A stretch of DNA of 64,000 bases from an uncultured candidate division Zixibacteria bacterium (GCA_963664195.1 OY760907.1:2080001-2144000), one strand, 5' to 3'. Positions 1 to 11,077 are shown, counted from the first letter of the stretch. The notes: generated from the sequence alone by a model not told the origin. Numbers and translations: made by a program.

Positions 1-575
1 ATCTGGTCTCGCGCGAAGCATCCGAGAGTGAAGTATATGCCTGCCTTTATGGGTTCTCGTCGCGCGAGAGCCGTAAAACAAAGGACTCCAAAAACATACA
101 TCCAGATGTCGTCCCAAGTGTATGTCGGGGCAAAATGAGCCCCCAGGATTGGATATGCGGTCATCAGCAAGAACAATCCAACGTGCGACCACATCTTGCT
201 GAGTCTCAGCAATCTCAGATACCTGTAGAACAGAGGTCCCAGAATCATTGTGAGAACCCCTTGTACGACCATGAATGACTCTCGTATTGGCAGCGACAGA
301 TACTGATGTACGAGCAAGGTAGCGTAGTTCTGCATGCATCGAGTGCAATAAGGATAGCGATGGAGGTGAAACTCGAGCTTTTTGACCCAGATGTCCTCCG
401 AGAGCTGCAATGGGGAGTAGTACCACAGTAAATGCATCAACCCTGAGGTTGCCAATACAACGGCAGTCAAAAGAACTGGTCCGTAGTACTCCCCTACGAA
501 TTCTTTTGTGCGCTGTCTGGTGAAGGGTCCGAAGACCAAGTTCGCAACCTCGTTTCTTATCGGAATCTTTGTCAT
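1..575 (-). CDS. Polytopic membrane protein, possibly GT-C-fold glycosyltransferase-like; runs off the window start
   Basis: Absent from the ORF track. Hand translation from ATG at 575 is open to position 1 (MTKIPIRNEV...PTYTWDDIWMYVFGVLCF...TLGCFARDQ) with several hydrophobic segments. Confidence 0.6.
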   Translation of the reverse strand, partial: MTKIPIRNEVANLVFGPFTRQRTKEFVGEYYGPVLLTAVVLATSGLMHLLWYYSPLQLSEDIWVKKLEFHLHRYPYCTRCMQNYATLLVHQYLSLPIRESFMVVQGVLTMILGPLFYRYLRLLRLSKMWSHVGLFLLMTAYPILGAHFAPTYTWDDIWMYVFGVLCFTALARREPIKAGIYFTLGCFARDQ

Positions 576-844
576 GAGAGTCTTCTGAGAGGGCTCTTCC
601 CACACGTCAATATGAGGCGTTCTTCTCCGACCGGCAACCCTTTAGTGCAAGAATTCGATTGTCATCCGTTTTCTATGATTGCAGCGAGGTCTCTCGATCT
701 CGCAAGTCCCGGTGCAGCAGGCTTTTACAAACAAGCCCGTGCATTGGCGGGAATCCCTTGTCACTTGCTTTTGGGAATTGCATTTATTATGCTTCAGGCT
801 GTACTTCACACGGCGGGTTTGTACCGTAAAAGGAGATTTACTGC

Positions 845-2542
845 ATGCTCGATAAAAAGCATCTGGAACGTCTGAGAGAGAGACTGACCGAGTGGGACAA
901 AGTTGCCGCGAAAACCAGGGCGCGGAAGTCATTGCCGCGTTTTTTTACGGTCTCCGGAGTTGATATCGACGAGCTGTACACCGCCGATTCAGTGAAGGGT
1001 GGAAGCGACGAGGAGTATTACTGGGATCATATCGGATTGCCGGGTGAATTCCCGTACACTCGCGGCGTGCATCACACGATGTACCGCAGTCGTCTCTGGA
1101 CCATGCGCCAGTTCGCCGGCATGGGAACTCCGAGACAGACGAACGAACGTTTTCACTATATCCTGAAGCAGGGGGGCACCGGGCTTTCGACCGCCTTTGA
1201 TCTTCCCACGCTCATGGGCTACGATTCCGATCACTCCCGTTCGCTGGGCGAGGTTGGCAAGTGTGGCGTGGCGGTTGACACGCTGGCGGATATGGAGATC
1301 ATTTTCGACGGCATCGATCTGGCCAAGGTTTCCACTTCGATGACTATCAACTCGCCGGCCTCGATGCTTCTTGCGATGTATCTCGCGGTGGCCGAGAAAC
1401 AGGGTGTGCCGTTTGAGAAAGTACGTGGAACGCTCCAGAACGATATCCTGAAGGAGTATATCGCGCAGAAAGAATACATCTATCCGCCGGAACCATCAAT
1501 TCGGCTGATAACGGATATGATGGCGTACTGTACGAAAAACGTTCCGCAATGGAATACGATTTCGATCTCCGGTTATCACATCCGCGAGGCCGGAGCTACT
1601 GCGGTGGAGGAGTTGGCGTTTACGCTTGCCGATGGTTTCCAGTATATCGAGAGTGCTATTGCCGACGGCCAGGATGTAGATGAGTTTGCCCCGAGGCTGT
1701 CGTACTTCTTCAATGCGCATTCGGACTTCTTTGAGGAGATCGCCAAGTATCGTGCGGCGCGAAGAATCTTTGCTAAGCGGATGAAGAACAAGTACGGTGC
1801 GAAGAACCCCAAAAGCTGGCTGCTGAGGTTTCATACACAGACTGCCGGTTGTTCGCTGACTGCCCAGCAGCCGGAGAATAACATTGTGCGTACGGCCATC
1901 CAGGCGCTCTCGGGCGTGCTCGGCGGAACGCAGTCACTGCATACGAATTCGATGGATGAGACGCTGGCGCTGCCGAGCGAGAAGGCGGCGTTGATTGCCC
2001 TTCGCACCCAACAGGTGATTGCTTACGAGACCGGAGTAGTGAATACGCCTGATCCGCTGGGCGGGTCGTTTTTTGTCGAGTCTCTTACGGACAAGATGGA
2101 AGAAGAGGCCGAGAAGATCTTTGCCGAGATTGAAGAACGTGGCGGTGTTGTAGCTGCTATTGAGGACGGTTATTTCCAGCGTGCGCTGGCCCGCTCGGCT
2201 TACAGTCACCAGAAGGAGTTGGAGAAGAACGAGCGTGTTATCGTCGGAGTCAACGAATTCGTGATGGACGATGAAGAGATAGAGATTCCGGTTCTCAAGA
2301 TAGACAAAGAGACGGAGCAGGAGCAGGTGGCATTCGTCAAGAAGATCCGCGCCGAACGGGACGCCGACAAGGTGAAGGCCACGCTGGACAGACTGCGCGA
2401 GGTTGCCAGGGGAGAAGGCAACACGTTTGAAGCGATTCTGGACTGCGCGCGTGAGTATGTCTCGGTCGGTGAAATGTGTGATGTGCTTCGGGAAGAGTGG
2501 GGCGAGTGGTCTGAATCGACTGCTGCAATGCAGGTCTCATAA
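845..2542 (+). CDS. B12-dependent acyl-CoA mutase, large (substrate-binding) subunit, isobutyryl-CoA-mutase-like residues
   Basis: [49 protein letters not shown] and SLHTNSMDE motifs; no B12-binding domain in this chain. Confidence 0.93.
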   Translation: MLDKKHLERLRERLTEWDKVAAKTRARKSLPRFFTVSGVDIDELYTADSVKGGSDEEYYWDHIGLPGEFPYTRGVHHTMYRSRLWTMRQFAGMGTPRQTNERFHYILKQGGTGLSTAFDLPTLMGYDSDHSRSLGEVGKCGVAVDTLADMEIIFDGIDLAKVSTSMTINSPASMLLAMYLAVAEKQGVPFEKVRGTLQNDILKEYIAQKEYIYPPEPSIRLITDMMAYCTKNVPQWNTISISGYHIREAGATAVEELAFTLADGFQYIESAIADGQDVDEFAPRLSYFFNAHSDFFEEIAKYRAARRIFAKRMKNKYGAKNPKSWLLRFHTQTAGCSLTAQQPENNIVRTAIQALSGVLGGTQSLHTNSMDETLALPSEKAALIALRTQQVIAYETGVVNTPDPLGGSFFVESLTDKMEEEAEKIFAEIEERGGVVAAIEDGYFQRALARSAYSHQKELEKNERVIVGVNEFVMDDEEIEIPVLKIDKETEQEQVAFVKKIRAERDADKVKATLDRLREVARGEGNTFEAILDCAREYVSVGEMCDVLREEWGEWSESTAAMQVS

Positions 2543-2615
2543 CACTGGAATGAATCGCGGGGCTGTTGTTCTCGCGCTACGTGATACGATACACAGGAAA
2601 CAAAGACGAACGAAC

Positions 2616-3035
2616 ATGTCAAAAAAAATCAGAGTATTGTTGGCCAAGCCGGGTCTTGACGGTCACGATCGTGGCATCAAAGTCATAGCGGCCGCCTTTC
2701 GCGATGCCGGCTTCGAAGTGATCTACACCGGTCTTCGCCAGACCCCGGAAAAGATTGTGGAAGCGGCCATACAGGAAGATGTTGATGCCATTGGCATTTC
2801 TATCCTCTCAGGTGCACACATGACCCTGTTTCCGGCTATTCTCGACGAGATGAAGAATCGCGGCACGGACAAGATGATCCTGTTTGGCGGCGGTATCATA
2901 CCCGAGGACGACAAGGCCGAACTGGAGAAACTGGGGGTAGCAAAAGTGTTTACTCCGGGTGCGCCGACGGAAGATGCCATTTCGTTTTTGCGCGGCGCTG
3001 TTGAGGGCGCACAGTCGGACGAGAAGATTATGTAG
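2616..3035 (+). CDS. Acyl-CoA mutase small, cobalamin-binding subunit
   Basis: [10 protein letters not shown] (DxHxxG) and GGGIIP; start reassigned to ATG 2616 ([11 protein letters not shown]). Confidence 0.93.
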   Translation: MSKKIRVLLAKPGLDGHDRGIKVIAAAFRDAGFEVIYTGLRQTPEKIVEAAIQEDVDAIGISILSGAHMTLFPAILDEMKNRGTDKMILFGGGIIPEDDKAELEKLGVAKVFTPGAPTEDAISFLRGAVEGAQSDEKIM

Positions 3036-3091
3036 CAATTCGACCAGAATTGGAAATTTCAGTATATTGGATATAAGGTACAGGAGGTTTC

Positions 3092-4234
3092 ATGCCGTTT
3101 AATGTTGACCCGAAACAACAAGCAGTACGCGACGAAGTAAAGGCGTTTGCCGAAAAGGAAATCTACCCGATCTCAGAAGAATGGGATCGGATGCCCGAAC
3201 CCCGCAAGTTCCCCATCGATATGTATCATCGTCTCGGCGAAGTTGGCTTTATCGGCTACAACTCGCCGACCGAGTACGGTGGACAGGGCAAATCCAACTT
3301 GGAGTACATCACTCTCATCGAGTCCCTCTGCTATCACGATGCCGGTTTCGGCCTCCTGTGTGCGGTTGGTGAACTCGCTACTTACCCGATTCTGCACTTC
3401 GCCAGCGATGAGCAGAAGAAGAAGTATTTGCCGGACTGTGTGACCGGCAAACGTGTTCCGGCTTTTGTGCTTACCGAACCGAATGCCGGTTCGGATGCTG
3501 CGAACGTTTCGACCACGGCGGTTGAGAACGGCAGTGAGTTCGTCATTAACGGCGAGAAGATATTCATCATGCACGGTGATGTGGCCGATCTCGCTGTTTT
3601 GTTCTGTAAGATCGAAGGCAAGCCGAAAATGTCGGCCATCCTCGTGGAAACCGACCAGGCCGGTTGGGATGCCCGCACGCTCAAGAACAAGATGGGTATG
3701 CGTGCAGCCACCACCGGCGGTATTCACCTCACCGATGTCAAGGCCCCGGTTGAAAACCTGATGGGCGATGTTGGCAAGGGTTTCCGCTACGCCATGATGA
3801 CTCTTGACGGCGCCCGGATCGGTGTGGCAGCTCAGGGTGTTGGTATTGCGCAGAGGGCGCTCGATGAATCTGTTGCTTATTCCAAGAAGCGCATTGCGTT
3901 TGGTGCCCCGATTGCCAAGCTGCAGGCGATTCAATGGATGATTGCTGACATGTCCACCCGTCTGGAGGCTGCCCGCATGCTGACGTACAAAGCTGCCATG
4001 CTGCAGGATCAGGGTGAGCGTTTCTCCCTTGAAGCTGCCCAGGCAAAACTGTACTCTGCCGAAGTGGCCAACTTCTGCGTCGACAAAGCGATGCAGATTC
4101 ACGGCGGCTACGGATACATCGGTGAGTTCTCGCCGATCGAAAAGCTGTACCGTGACCAGCGCGTCCTGGAAATCTACGAGGGCACCTCGGAGGTCCAGCG
4201 CCTGGTGATTGCCGGTAATGTCATAGGCCGTTAA
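3092..4234 (+). CDS. Acyl-CoA dehydrogenase (short/branched-chain type)
   Basis: LTEPNAGSD, NGEKIFI, QIHGGYGY and IYEGTSEVQR; CAGGAGG RBS. Confidence 0.93.
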   Translation: MPFNVDPKQQAVRDEVKAFAEKEIYPISEEWDRMPEPRKFPIDMYHRLGEVGFIGYNSPTEYGGQGKSNLEYITLIESLCYHDAGFGLLCAVGELATYPILHFASDEQKKKYLPDCVTGKRVPAFVLTEPNAGSDAANVSTTAVENGSEFVINGEKIFIMHGDVADLAVLFCKIEGKPKMSAILVETDQAGWDARTLKNKMGMRAATTGGIHLTDVKAPVENLMGDVGKGFRYAMMTLDGARIGVAAQGVGIAQRALDESVAYSKKRIAFGAPIAKLQAIQWMIADMSTRLEAARMLTYKAAMLQDQGERFSLEAAQAKLYSAEVANFCVDKAMQIHGGYGYIGEFSPIEKLYRDQRVLEIYEGTSEVQRLVIAGNVIGR

Positions 4235-5067
4235 TGCAATTCGGTTCGTTTGAAATTCTGACCTTCGTCGAGCAGGAGTTCCGGCTCGACGGAGGCAGTA
4301 TGTACGGGATCATTCCCAAGTCGATGTGGAACAAGATAACGCCTGCCGATGATAACAACCTCATCGCAATGGTCACCAATCTTTTCGTTCTCAAAGCCCA
4401 CGGCAAAACGTTCATGTTCGATTCCGGTCTCGGCGATACGCTCAGTGATCGGGAGCAGAAAATATACGGTACCGACGGTCAGTCCAGGATGAATGCCGGG
4501 CTTGAGTCGCTGGGGCTTGCCGCTGGTGACATCGACTACGTGATCCTCACTCATCTCCACACCGATCATGCCGGCGGCGCGGTGAGGCTCGAAAACGATA
4601 CGTATGTGCCGCGCTTTGAAAACGCGAAGTACATCGTGTCAGAAGACGAGTGGGCCGATGCCGGTAATCCGAACGAGCGCACCGGTGCCGTTTACGTCCC
4701 CGAACGGACACAGGCTCTCGAAAACGCAGGGCAGGTGGAGTTCGTCGACGGCAACACCGAGCTAGTCCCGGGAGTGAATATCGTTCACACCGGCGGCCAT
4801 ACGCGGGGGCATTTTGGATTGGAGATGGAATCGGAGGGGGAGCGCGTCTTCTATTATTCGGACATCCTTCCGATGGCAGGCCACCTGCGCGTGCCGGTCA
4901 TCGCGGCCGCTGATACCATGCCGCTTGACAGCATGAACGTCAAACGCCGGATGCTTGAGTCTATTGTCGATACCGGCGTCGTGATGGCTTTCGACCACGA
5001 TGTCACTATGCCGTTTGCTCGAGTCATTTCCGACGGCAAGCGGTTGGTTGCTCAGCCCGTAGCCTGA
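4234..5067 (+). CDS. MBL-fold metallo-hydrolase (YtnP-like)
   Basis: [34 protein letters not shown] stop/start overlap with the upstream gene. Confidence 0.85.
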   Translation: MQFGSFEILTFVEQEFRLDGGSMYGIIPKSMWNKITPADDNNLIAMVTNLFVLKAHGKTFMFDSGLGDTLSDREQKIYGTDGQSRMNAGLESLGLAAGDIDYVILTHLHTDHAGGAVRLENDTYVPRFENAKYIVSEDEWADAGNPNERTGAVYVPERTQALENAGQVEFVDGNTELVPGVNIVHTGGHTRGHFGLEMESEGERVFYYSDILPMAGHLRVPVIAAADTMPLDSMNVKRRMLESIVDTGVVMAFDHDVTMPFARVISDGKRLVAQPVA

Positions 5068-5099
5068 GCTTTCGATCTTTCACATATTGGAGTCTTACT

Positions 5100-6650
5100 T
5101 TGTCACTTGAGGAAAAGCTCGACCGTCTTGAGGCAATGCGATCCGAGGCCAAACTTGGCGGCGGCAAGAAGCGCATTGAAGCCCAGCACAAAAAAGGGAA
5201 GCTGACTGCACGCGAGAGAGTTGATCTCCTCGTTGACCCTAATTCATTTGAGGAATTCGATCCGTTCGTGACGCATCGTTCCTCAGACTTCGGTCTGGCC
5301 GAAAAGCGCATACTCGGCGACGGCGTTATCACCGGGTGCGGTAAGGTCCACGGCCGGATAGTGTATATTTTCTCACAGGATTTCACCGTCTTTGGCGGTT
5401 CGCTTTCTGAAGCGCACGCCGAGAAGATTTGCAAGATCATGGAAATGGCGATGAAAGTCGGTGCGCCGGTTATCGGGCTGAACGACTCCGGCGGTGCTCG
5501 CATCCAGGAAGGGGTCGTGTCGCTTGGCGGCTATGCGGATATCTTCCTTCTCAATACGCTGGCGTCCGGTGTTGTGCCGCAGATTTCTGCCGTCCTTGGC
5601 CCGTGTGCCGGGGGAGCGGTGTACTCGCCTGCCATTACCGACTTCGTGCTGATGACCAAAGGGACGTCGTACATGTTCGTCACCGGGCCGAACGTGGTCA
5701 AGACCGTGACGCATGAAGAGATCGATTCCGAAGGTCTCGGCGGTGCGGATGTCCATGCCTCAAGATCCGGCGTGGCTCATTTTGCCTGTGAGAATGAGGC
5801 GGACGTGATTTCTAAACTCAAGCGGCTGCTGGAGTACATACCGCAGAACAACTGCGAGGATGCTCCGTTTATCGAAAACTCCGATCCGCTCAACCGCGAA
5901 GATGAAACGCTGAATACGATTGTGCCGGAGAACCCGAACCAGCCGTACGATATCAAAGACGTGATTCACCGGGTCGTGGACGTGGGATCGTTTTTTGAAG
6001 TCCACGCGGATTTTGCGATGAACATTGTTGTCGGTTTTGCGCGCCTCGGCGGACGCTCGATTGGTGTGATTGCCAACCAACCGGCGATCATGGCCGGTGT
6101 GCTGGATATTACATCGTCGCAGAAGGGGGCCCGGTTCATTCGATTCTGTGACTGTTTCAATATCCCGTTGCTGACCTTTGAGGACGTCCCCGGATTCATG
6201 CCCGGTGTTGATCAGGAGCACGGTGGGATCATCAAGAACGGCGCAAAACTCCTGTACGCCTATTGCGAGGCTACCGTGCCGAAAGTGACCGTCATTACCC
6301 GCAAGGCGTACGGGGGAGCATACGACGTTATGAACTCCAAGCACGTGCGCGGTGACATGAACTATGCGTGGCCGACTGCTGAAATCGCGGTGATGGGTCC
6401 GCAGGGTGCGGCGGAGATAATCTTCAAGAAGGATATCGCTGAGGCGGATGACCCGGCGGCGGAGCTTCAGCAGAAGACCGATGATTACCGCGAGAAGTTT
6501 GCCAATCCGTTTGTGGCGGCGGCGCGTGGATATGTGGATGATATCATCGAGCCGAAAACGACACGTCCGAGATTGATCCGTGCGTTTGAGATGCTTGAGA
6601 CGAAGAAAGACTCCAACCCTGCGAAGAAACACGGGAATATACCGCTGTAG
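5100..6650 (+). CDS. pccB: Acyl-CoA (propionyl-CoA-type) carboxylase, carboxyltransferase beta subunit
   Basis: [36 protein letters not shown]-terminal [11 protein letters not shown] start. Confidence 0.9.
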   Translation: MSLEEKLDRLEAMRSEAKLGGGKKRIEAQHKKGKLTARERVDLLVDPNSFEEFDPFVTHRSSDFGLAEKRILGDGVITGCGKVHGRIVYIFSQDFTVFGGSLSEAHAEKICKIMEMAMKVGAPVIGLNDSGGARIQEGVVSLGGYADIFLLNTLASGVVPQISAVLGPCAGGAVYSPAITDFVLMTKGTSYMFVTGPNVVKTVTHEEIDSEGLGGADVHASRSGVAHFACENEADVISKLKRLLEYIPQNNCEDAPFIENSDPLNREDETLNTIVPENPNQPYDIKDVIHRVVDVGSFFEVHADFAMNIVVGFARLGGRSIGVIANQPAIMAGVLDITSSQKGARFIRFCDCFNIPLLTFEDVPGFMPGVDQEHGGIIKNGAKLLYAYCEATVPKVTVITRKAYGGAYDVMNSKHVRGDMNYAWPTAEIAVMGPQGAAEIIFKKDIAEADDPAAELQQKTDDYREKFANPFVAAARGYVDDIIEPKTTRPRLIRAFEMLETKKDSNPAKKHGNIPL

Positions 6651-6685
6651 GCTCCGAGCCGGGCGTTTGCTTCAGGATACAACCT

Positions 6686-8218
6686 ATGCCGAAACGAATT
6701 AAGAAAATACTGATTGCCAATCGGGGCGAGATCGCGATTCGGATTATTCGCGCCTGTCAGGATATGGGGATAGAGTCGGTTGCTGTCTACTCGGATTGCG
6801 ATAAGGCTGCCTACCATGTCCGGTTGGCTGACTTTGCCTATCATATAGGACCGTCGCCGTCATCGGAGAGTTATCTTGTCCATGACAACGTGATAGCTGC
6901 GGTGAAAAAATCCGGCGCGGATGCAGTTCATCCCGGTTACGGTTTCCTTGCTGAGAATGCCGAGTTTGCTCACCGATGTGTGGGGGAGGGAATTACGTTC
7001 ATTGGACCGAGACCTGAAACGATTGCGTCACTCGGCGACAAACTTGTAGCGCGAGAACTAGCTATCAAGGCCGGTCTTCCGGTAGTACCCGGAACGGAGC
7101 TTGGGGCCGACGACAGTGAAGCCGCTCTCGATTTTGCCAAAGAGATTGGCTTCCCCGTGTTAGTGAAGGCTGCTGCCGGCGGTGGCGGCAAAGGAATGCG
7201 GGTAGTGCACAACGAGGAGTCATTTGCCGAATCGCTGGTGTCGGCGAGCCATGAGGCCAAGTCTGCCTTTGGTGACGGTCGCGTGTTTATCGAGAAATAT
7301 CTCGGTCGTCCACGACACATCGAGATCCAGATTCTGTGCGATCAGCACGGCAACTGCATTCATCTGGGAGAGCGTGAGTGCTCGATCCAGCGTCGTCACC
7401 AAAAAGTGATCGAGGAGTCACCATCGCCGATCATGACCGAGGAACTTCGCGAACGCATGGGGACGGCGGCGGTGAATATCGCCCGGTCATCCGGGTATGT
7501 GGGAGCAGGAACGGTTGAATTCCTGGTTGATGAAGACAGGTCGTTCTATTTCCTTGAAGTGAACACGCGTCTCCAGGTTGAGCACCCCGTCACGGAACTG
7601 GTCACCGGCATTGACCTGGTGAAGGAGCAGGTGCTGGTCGCCGAGGGACATAAGCTGACGTTGAAGCAGGAGGATGTCGTGATGAGGGGGCACGCGGTCG
7701 AGTGTCGTATATACGCCGAGGATCCCGAGTCAGGTTTCATGCCCTCGACGGGGACTCTTCATCACTATCGGCTGCCCGCCGGGCCGGGCGTTCGAGTTGA
7801 CAGCGGCGTGGTGCTCTGGTCAGAGATACCGATCTACTATGACCCGATGATTGCCAAGCTGGCTGTCTGGGGGAAGGATCGACCTGAGGCGATAGCGCGG
7901 ACACGCCGGGCGCTTCGCGAGTATCGGCTGTCAGGAGTCGAGAGTACCATCGGTTTCCACCGCGTGGTGCTTCAGAACGAGAAGTTTGTTGCCGGGGACA
8001 TTTCAACGCACTTCCTGGAAGAGGAGTATCCCGATAACGATTACCATCGTTTCCCTGCGGATATGCTTGAACGTGCGGCTATCGCCGCTGCGGCCGACAA
8101 GTTGTATAACGAACGTAAGATTTCGCTGGTCCGGACAACACAAGCGCCGGGGGAGAGATCGGGTTGGGTGAGACATCATCGCAATGATAGACTGCGCAAG
8201 TTTGGAGGGAGCCGCTGA
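6686..8218 (+). CDS. Biotin carboxylase subunit
   Basis: [58 protein letters not shown]. Confidence 0.93.
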   Translation: MPKRIKKILIANRGEIAIRIIRACQDMGIESVAVYSDCDKAAYHVRLADFAYHIGPSPSSESYLVHDNVIAAVKKSGADAVHPGYGFLAENAEFAHRCVGEGITFIGPRPETIASLGDKLVARELAIKAGLPVVPGTELGADDSEAALDFAKEIGFPVLVKAAAGGGGKGMRVVHNEESFAESLVSASHEAKSAFGDGRVFIEKYLGRPRHIEIQILCDQHGNCIHLGERECSIQRRHQKVIEESPSPIMTEELRERMGTAAVNIARSSGYVGAGTVEFLVDEDRSFYFLEVNTRLQVEHPVTELVTGIDLVKEQVLVAEGHKLTLKQEDVVMRGHAVECRIYAEDPESGFMPSTGTLHHYRLPAGPGVRVDSGVVLWSEIPIYYDPMIAKLAVWGKDRPEAIARTRRALREYRLSGVESTIGFHRVVLQNEKFVAGDISTHFLEEEYPDNDYHRFPADMLERAAIAAAADKLYNERKISLVRTTQAPGERSGWVRHHRNDRLRKFGGSR

Positions 8219-8724
8219 TGCCAAGATACACAGTTACCGTCAACGGCACGGAATTCGATATTGAGCTTGAATATCATGCCGATCGACTGGAGACAAAAGT
8301 AAACGGAAAGACCCGCAACGTGCAGGTACACAGTCTGCACGATACCAGGGCGCTGTTGCTGGTCGATGGTGAGTCGCACGAGGTGGATATCCACGCGGCC
8401 AACGGGGAGACGATGGTTTTTATGCAGGGGATGGAGATTCCTGTCCGAGTGGAGGATTATAATCTTGCGCAGATGCGCAAGACGGCCGGCATCTCTACCG
8501 ATGTCAAGGCCGAACAGTTTTTTAAAGCGCCGATGCCCGGATTGGTTGTTGATATCCGCGTTGAGCCGGGGCAGGAAGTCAGGCAGGGTGAACCGATGGT
8601 CGTGGTAGAGGCCATGAAAATGGAGAACATCCTGAAGGCCAAAACTGACGGCCGAGTGGCCGCAGTGAATATCAAGGTTGGCCAGTCAGTCGAAAAGGGA
8701 GACAAGCTGGTTGAATTCGAGTAG
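8218..8724 (+). CDS. Biotin carboxyl carrier protein
   Basis: APMPG and the EAMKM biotinylation motif; TGATG coupling to the upstream gene. Confidence 0.93.
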   Translation: MPRYTVTVNGTEFDIELEYHADRLETKVNGKTRNVQVHSLHDTRALLLVDGESHEVDIHAANGETMVFMQGMEIPVRVEDYNLAQMRKTAGISTDVKAEQFFKAPMPGLVVDIRVEPGQEVRQGEPMVVVEAMKMENILKAKTDGRVAAVNIKVGQSVEKGDKLVEFE

Positions 8725-8763
8725 TGCTGTGCTGAACGATTTGACCCGTTTTGGAATTGCGGA

Positions 8764-9315
8764 GTGACAGAGATGATGAGATCAGTATTGTGGACGTTTG
8801 TTGTGATATTGGCCTTCGGACTGGTGATTGGCTGTTCCTCGGAAGAGCCGAAGGAGGACACTGCCGGGGCAGTCGACCGAACCGGTACGACCGGCTCAGG
8901 GGCCGGTGTGGAGGCTATCCAGGAGTCATTGAACGAAGTTGTCGCCCGCTGGCACAGCGGTGATAAAGCCGTTCTCTATGACAACGAGTTTCCGTACCTG
9001 CGCGACGATCTTACTTTTGAGGATTATCTCGAAAACGAGCAGGTCCAGAGACTTGAGGCTGACTCCCTTGCGGCCATGAAAGTCAAGGACGTGCAGTTTT
9101 TTGGCGAGGACTCTGCGGCAGTCGATATCGACGTGATTTTTGTGGGACCGCTGGGGGATACTTCTCGTCTGGACAACAAGTATACGATGTACTATTATGG
9201 GGGACGCTGGCTGAGGCCTACCCTGAGCGAGTTTGTCAAGCAGGAAGAGCGTGAGGTTGATAGACGTATCGCAGATTCGGCCGCTGCGGCCGAGTCCGAC
9301 GATGAGGAGTGGTAA
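8764..9315 (+). CDS. Hypothetical acidic lipoprotein
   Basis: Hydrophobic signal ending LVIG-C; start may be ATG 8773 or 8776. Confidence 0.7.
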   Translation: MTEMMRSVLWTFVVILAFGLVIGCSSEEPKEDTAGAVDRTGTTGSGAGVEAIQESLNEVVARWHSGDKAVLYDNEFPYLRDDLTFEDYLENEQVQRLEADSLAAMKVKDVQFFGEDSAAVDIDVIFVGPLGDTSRLDNKYTMYYYGGRWLRPTLSEFVKQEEREVDRRIADSAAAAESDDEEW

Positions 9316-9319
9316 GCGT

Positions 9320-9742
9320 ATGAGTTCGGCACTCATTTCACATGTTGGCATTGCCGTGAGTGATCTCGATGCGGCCATGAAGCAGTATGCGGTTTTGACA
9401 GGTAACGAGGCCGCAATGGTGACCGAAGTCGCAGAACAGAAGGTAAAGGTGGCGATGTTTGCCGCGGGGGATTCGCATGGATCCGGTGGCAGGGTAGAAT
9501 TGCTGATGCCGACCTCAGAGGACAGCCCGATCAGCGCCTTTCTCTCTCGCAAGGGTGACGGCCTACATCACCTGTGTATCTACTGCGATGACATTGAGTC
9601 CAAGTTGGCTGAATTGAAAGCTGCCGGTGTGCGGTTGATCGACGAAACGCCCAGGATTGGCGCCGAGGGCAACCGCATTGCATTCGTCCATCCCAAAGGG
9701 GCCAACGGTGTGTTGATTGAGTTGGAGGAGCGTTCGAAGTAG
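9320..9742 (+). CDS. mce: Methylmalonyl-CoA epimerase (VOC family)
   Basis: HVGIAV, RVELLMP, GLHHLC, FVHPK, GVLIEL; ATG 9320 after GAGGAG. Confidence 0.88.
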   Translation: MSSALISHVGIAVSDLDAAMKQYAVLTGNEAAMVTEVAEQKVKVAMFAAGDSHGSGGRVELLMPTSEDSPISAFLSRKGDGLHHLCIYCDDIESKLAELKAAGVRLIDETPRIGAEGNRIAFVHPKGANGVLIELEERSK

Positions 9743-9766
9743 CTTCGATCCGACAGCGAGCAACTA

Positions 9767-10519
9767 TCAGACCTGTAGCCGACCGCAACGGCGACAGGTC
9801 TTTTTGCTTTCGTGATTGAGGCGGCCGCATTCGCATTGCCAGAAATGTATGTCGTGGTGCGTGTCGCCCTCGAATCTTTTCGAGGTTCTCCGTCTGGCAA
9901 TGATCAGAAAGCCGATAGCGACCATTCCTGCCAGAAGCAGCCACCAGCCGAGCGGTTGTCCCTGACGCGGACCGTAGACGTCGGCCTCGTAGGCCCCGTC
10001 GTATTGTAAGTCACGCTGCACCTGCTTGATAGCGTCTTCTACAAGCGGGTACTTGGCCGAAGCGCTCTTGCCCCAGACAGTGAAGAGAATTTGGTGTCCC
10101 TCGGGGTGTCGGTAGATGATACCCTTGAGCCGATGTGTGAGAGGGGCGTCGCTGAGCGAGTCGGTGGAGGTGAACTCGACAACGAAGCCGGTCCGATAGC
10201 CGTCGTTGAATCCGGTCGAGGTCAGCAGTTTGCCGTCCGGCAGCATGAGGATGACCTCGTTGATGACGCCGTCGACCGATTTTCGCAACGCCGCAGGATC
10301 ATCGACGATTTCGCCCCCCGTGATGTTAGTGCGGAAGAGCAGTATTTCGGCGCCGTCTTCACCAAAAACCAATTGGAAGGGGAAAGTCAGGCTCTCGGAT
10401 CCGAGCAGCCATCCTTCCGGCAGGGGGACGAGAACGTCGCCGTCGAGCCTTACATGACCGGCCGCGAGAACCGTCGAACAGGCTGTCAGACATACGAATA
10501 TGATGATCATCGTTCTCAT
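9767..10519 (-). CDS. Single-pass membrane protein with signal peptide and cytoplasmic C-terminal zinc ribbon
   Basis: N-terminal signal, TM (WWLLLAGMVAIGFLII), then WQCEC...CRRC. Confidence 0.75.
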   Translation of the reverse strand: MRTMIIIFVCLTACSTVLAAGHVRLDGDVLVPLPEGWLLGSESLTFPFQLVFGEDGAEILLFRTNITGGEIVDDPAALRKSVDGVINEVILMLPDGKLLTSTGFNDGYRTGFVVEFTSTDSLSDAPLTHRLKGIIYRHPEGHQILFTVWGKSASAKYPLVEDAIKQVQRDLQYDGAYEADVYGPRQGQPLGWWLLLAGMVAIGFLIIARRRTSKRFEGDTHHDIHFWQCECGRLNHESKKTCRRCGRLQV

Positions 10520-10593
10520 GATTAGGTGATCGACAACAGATCGCAGTCAGATAACCCCTCTTGTGATAATGACAAACCAGCGTACTTGATTGG

Positions 10594-10920
10594 CTAAATC
10601 CCCGGAAAATGTCTGTTCAGGCAATGACGGACTTTCTGAACGTGCTCGCGTATGAACGTCTCACGATCGATCTCCGGCCGATAAACGTAGCTTCTTCCGT
10701 CTTTGACCCGGGAGAGAAAGCCTTTCCCGGAGAGTCTGGAAAGGACAGTCATGACGGTCGTATAGGCCTTCTGGCTGTCGCTGCCCAGAAAAAGCAGGGC
10801 GCGTTTAACCGTCAGCGATTCATGCTTCCAGGCCAGTTCCATGAGCCGGGCCTCGGTTGGTCCCAGAAATACCTCGATGCCGGCCGCGGAGGGATCGAAA
10901 TAGAACGAGCCGGCACTCAT
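10594..10920 (-). CDS. BlaI/MecI/CopY-family transcriptional regulator
   Basis: LGPTEARLMELAW, AYTTVMTVLSRLSGKGFLSR..GRSYVY winged helix; start reassigned to ATG 10920. Confidence 0.88.
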   Translation of the reverse strand: MSAGSFYFDPSAAGIEVFLGPTEARLMELAWKHESLTVKRALLFLGSDSQKAYTTVMTVLSRLSGKGFLSRVKDGRSYVYRPEIDRETFIREHVQKVRHCLNRHFPGI

Positions 10921-10921
10921 A

Positions 10922-11077
10922 TCACCGGCGTTTGCGACGGGCGCTGAATACCAGATCGACACCCAGCGCTATTATGGCCAGAGGCCAGAGATAGTCCCAG
11001 ATGCCTCCGTGGATAACGCCAAGCCGTTCAAGGATCATCAGGCCTCCGACCAACAGCAACAGTACACCAACAAACAA
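10922..11077 (-). CDS. Small two-TM membrane protein (DUF5668/LiaI-LiaF-like)
   Basis: AAGGAGG RBS before TTG 11077; LFVGVLLLLVGGLMILERLG...WDYLWPLAIIALG. Confidence 0.75.
   Translation of the reverse strand: MFVGVLLLLVGGLMILERLGVIHGGIWDYLWPLAIIALGVDLVFSARRKRR

Noticed and set aside
576..844. Cobalamin riboswitch upstream of the B12 mutase
   Set aside because: No recognisable B12-box or conserved core; the gap looks like a divergent promoter region.
2403..2615. N-terminal extension of the B12-binding subunit given in the ORF track
   Set aside because: Overlaps the mutase; family similarity begins at ATG 2616.
3173..4102. 309-aa antisense ORF, and similar long ORFs at 5760-6632, 35324-36256, 41627-42775, 43682-44752, 46590-47432, 51597-53012 and 58401-59219
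   Set aside because: Shadow frames of well-supported genes in GC-rich DNA, with no motifs of their own.
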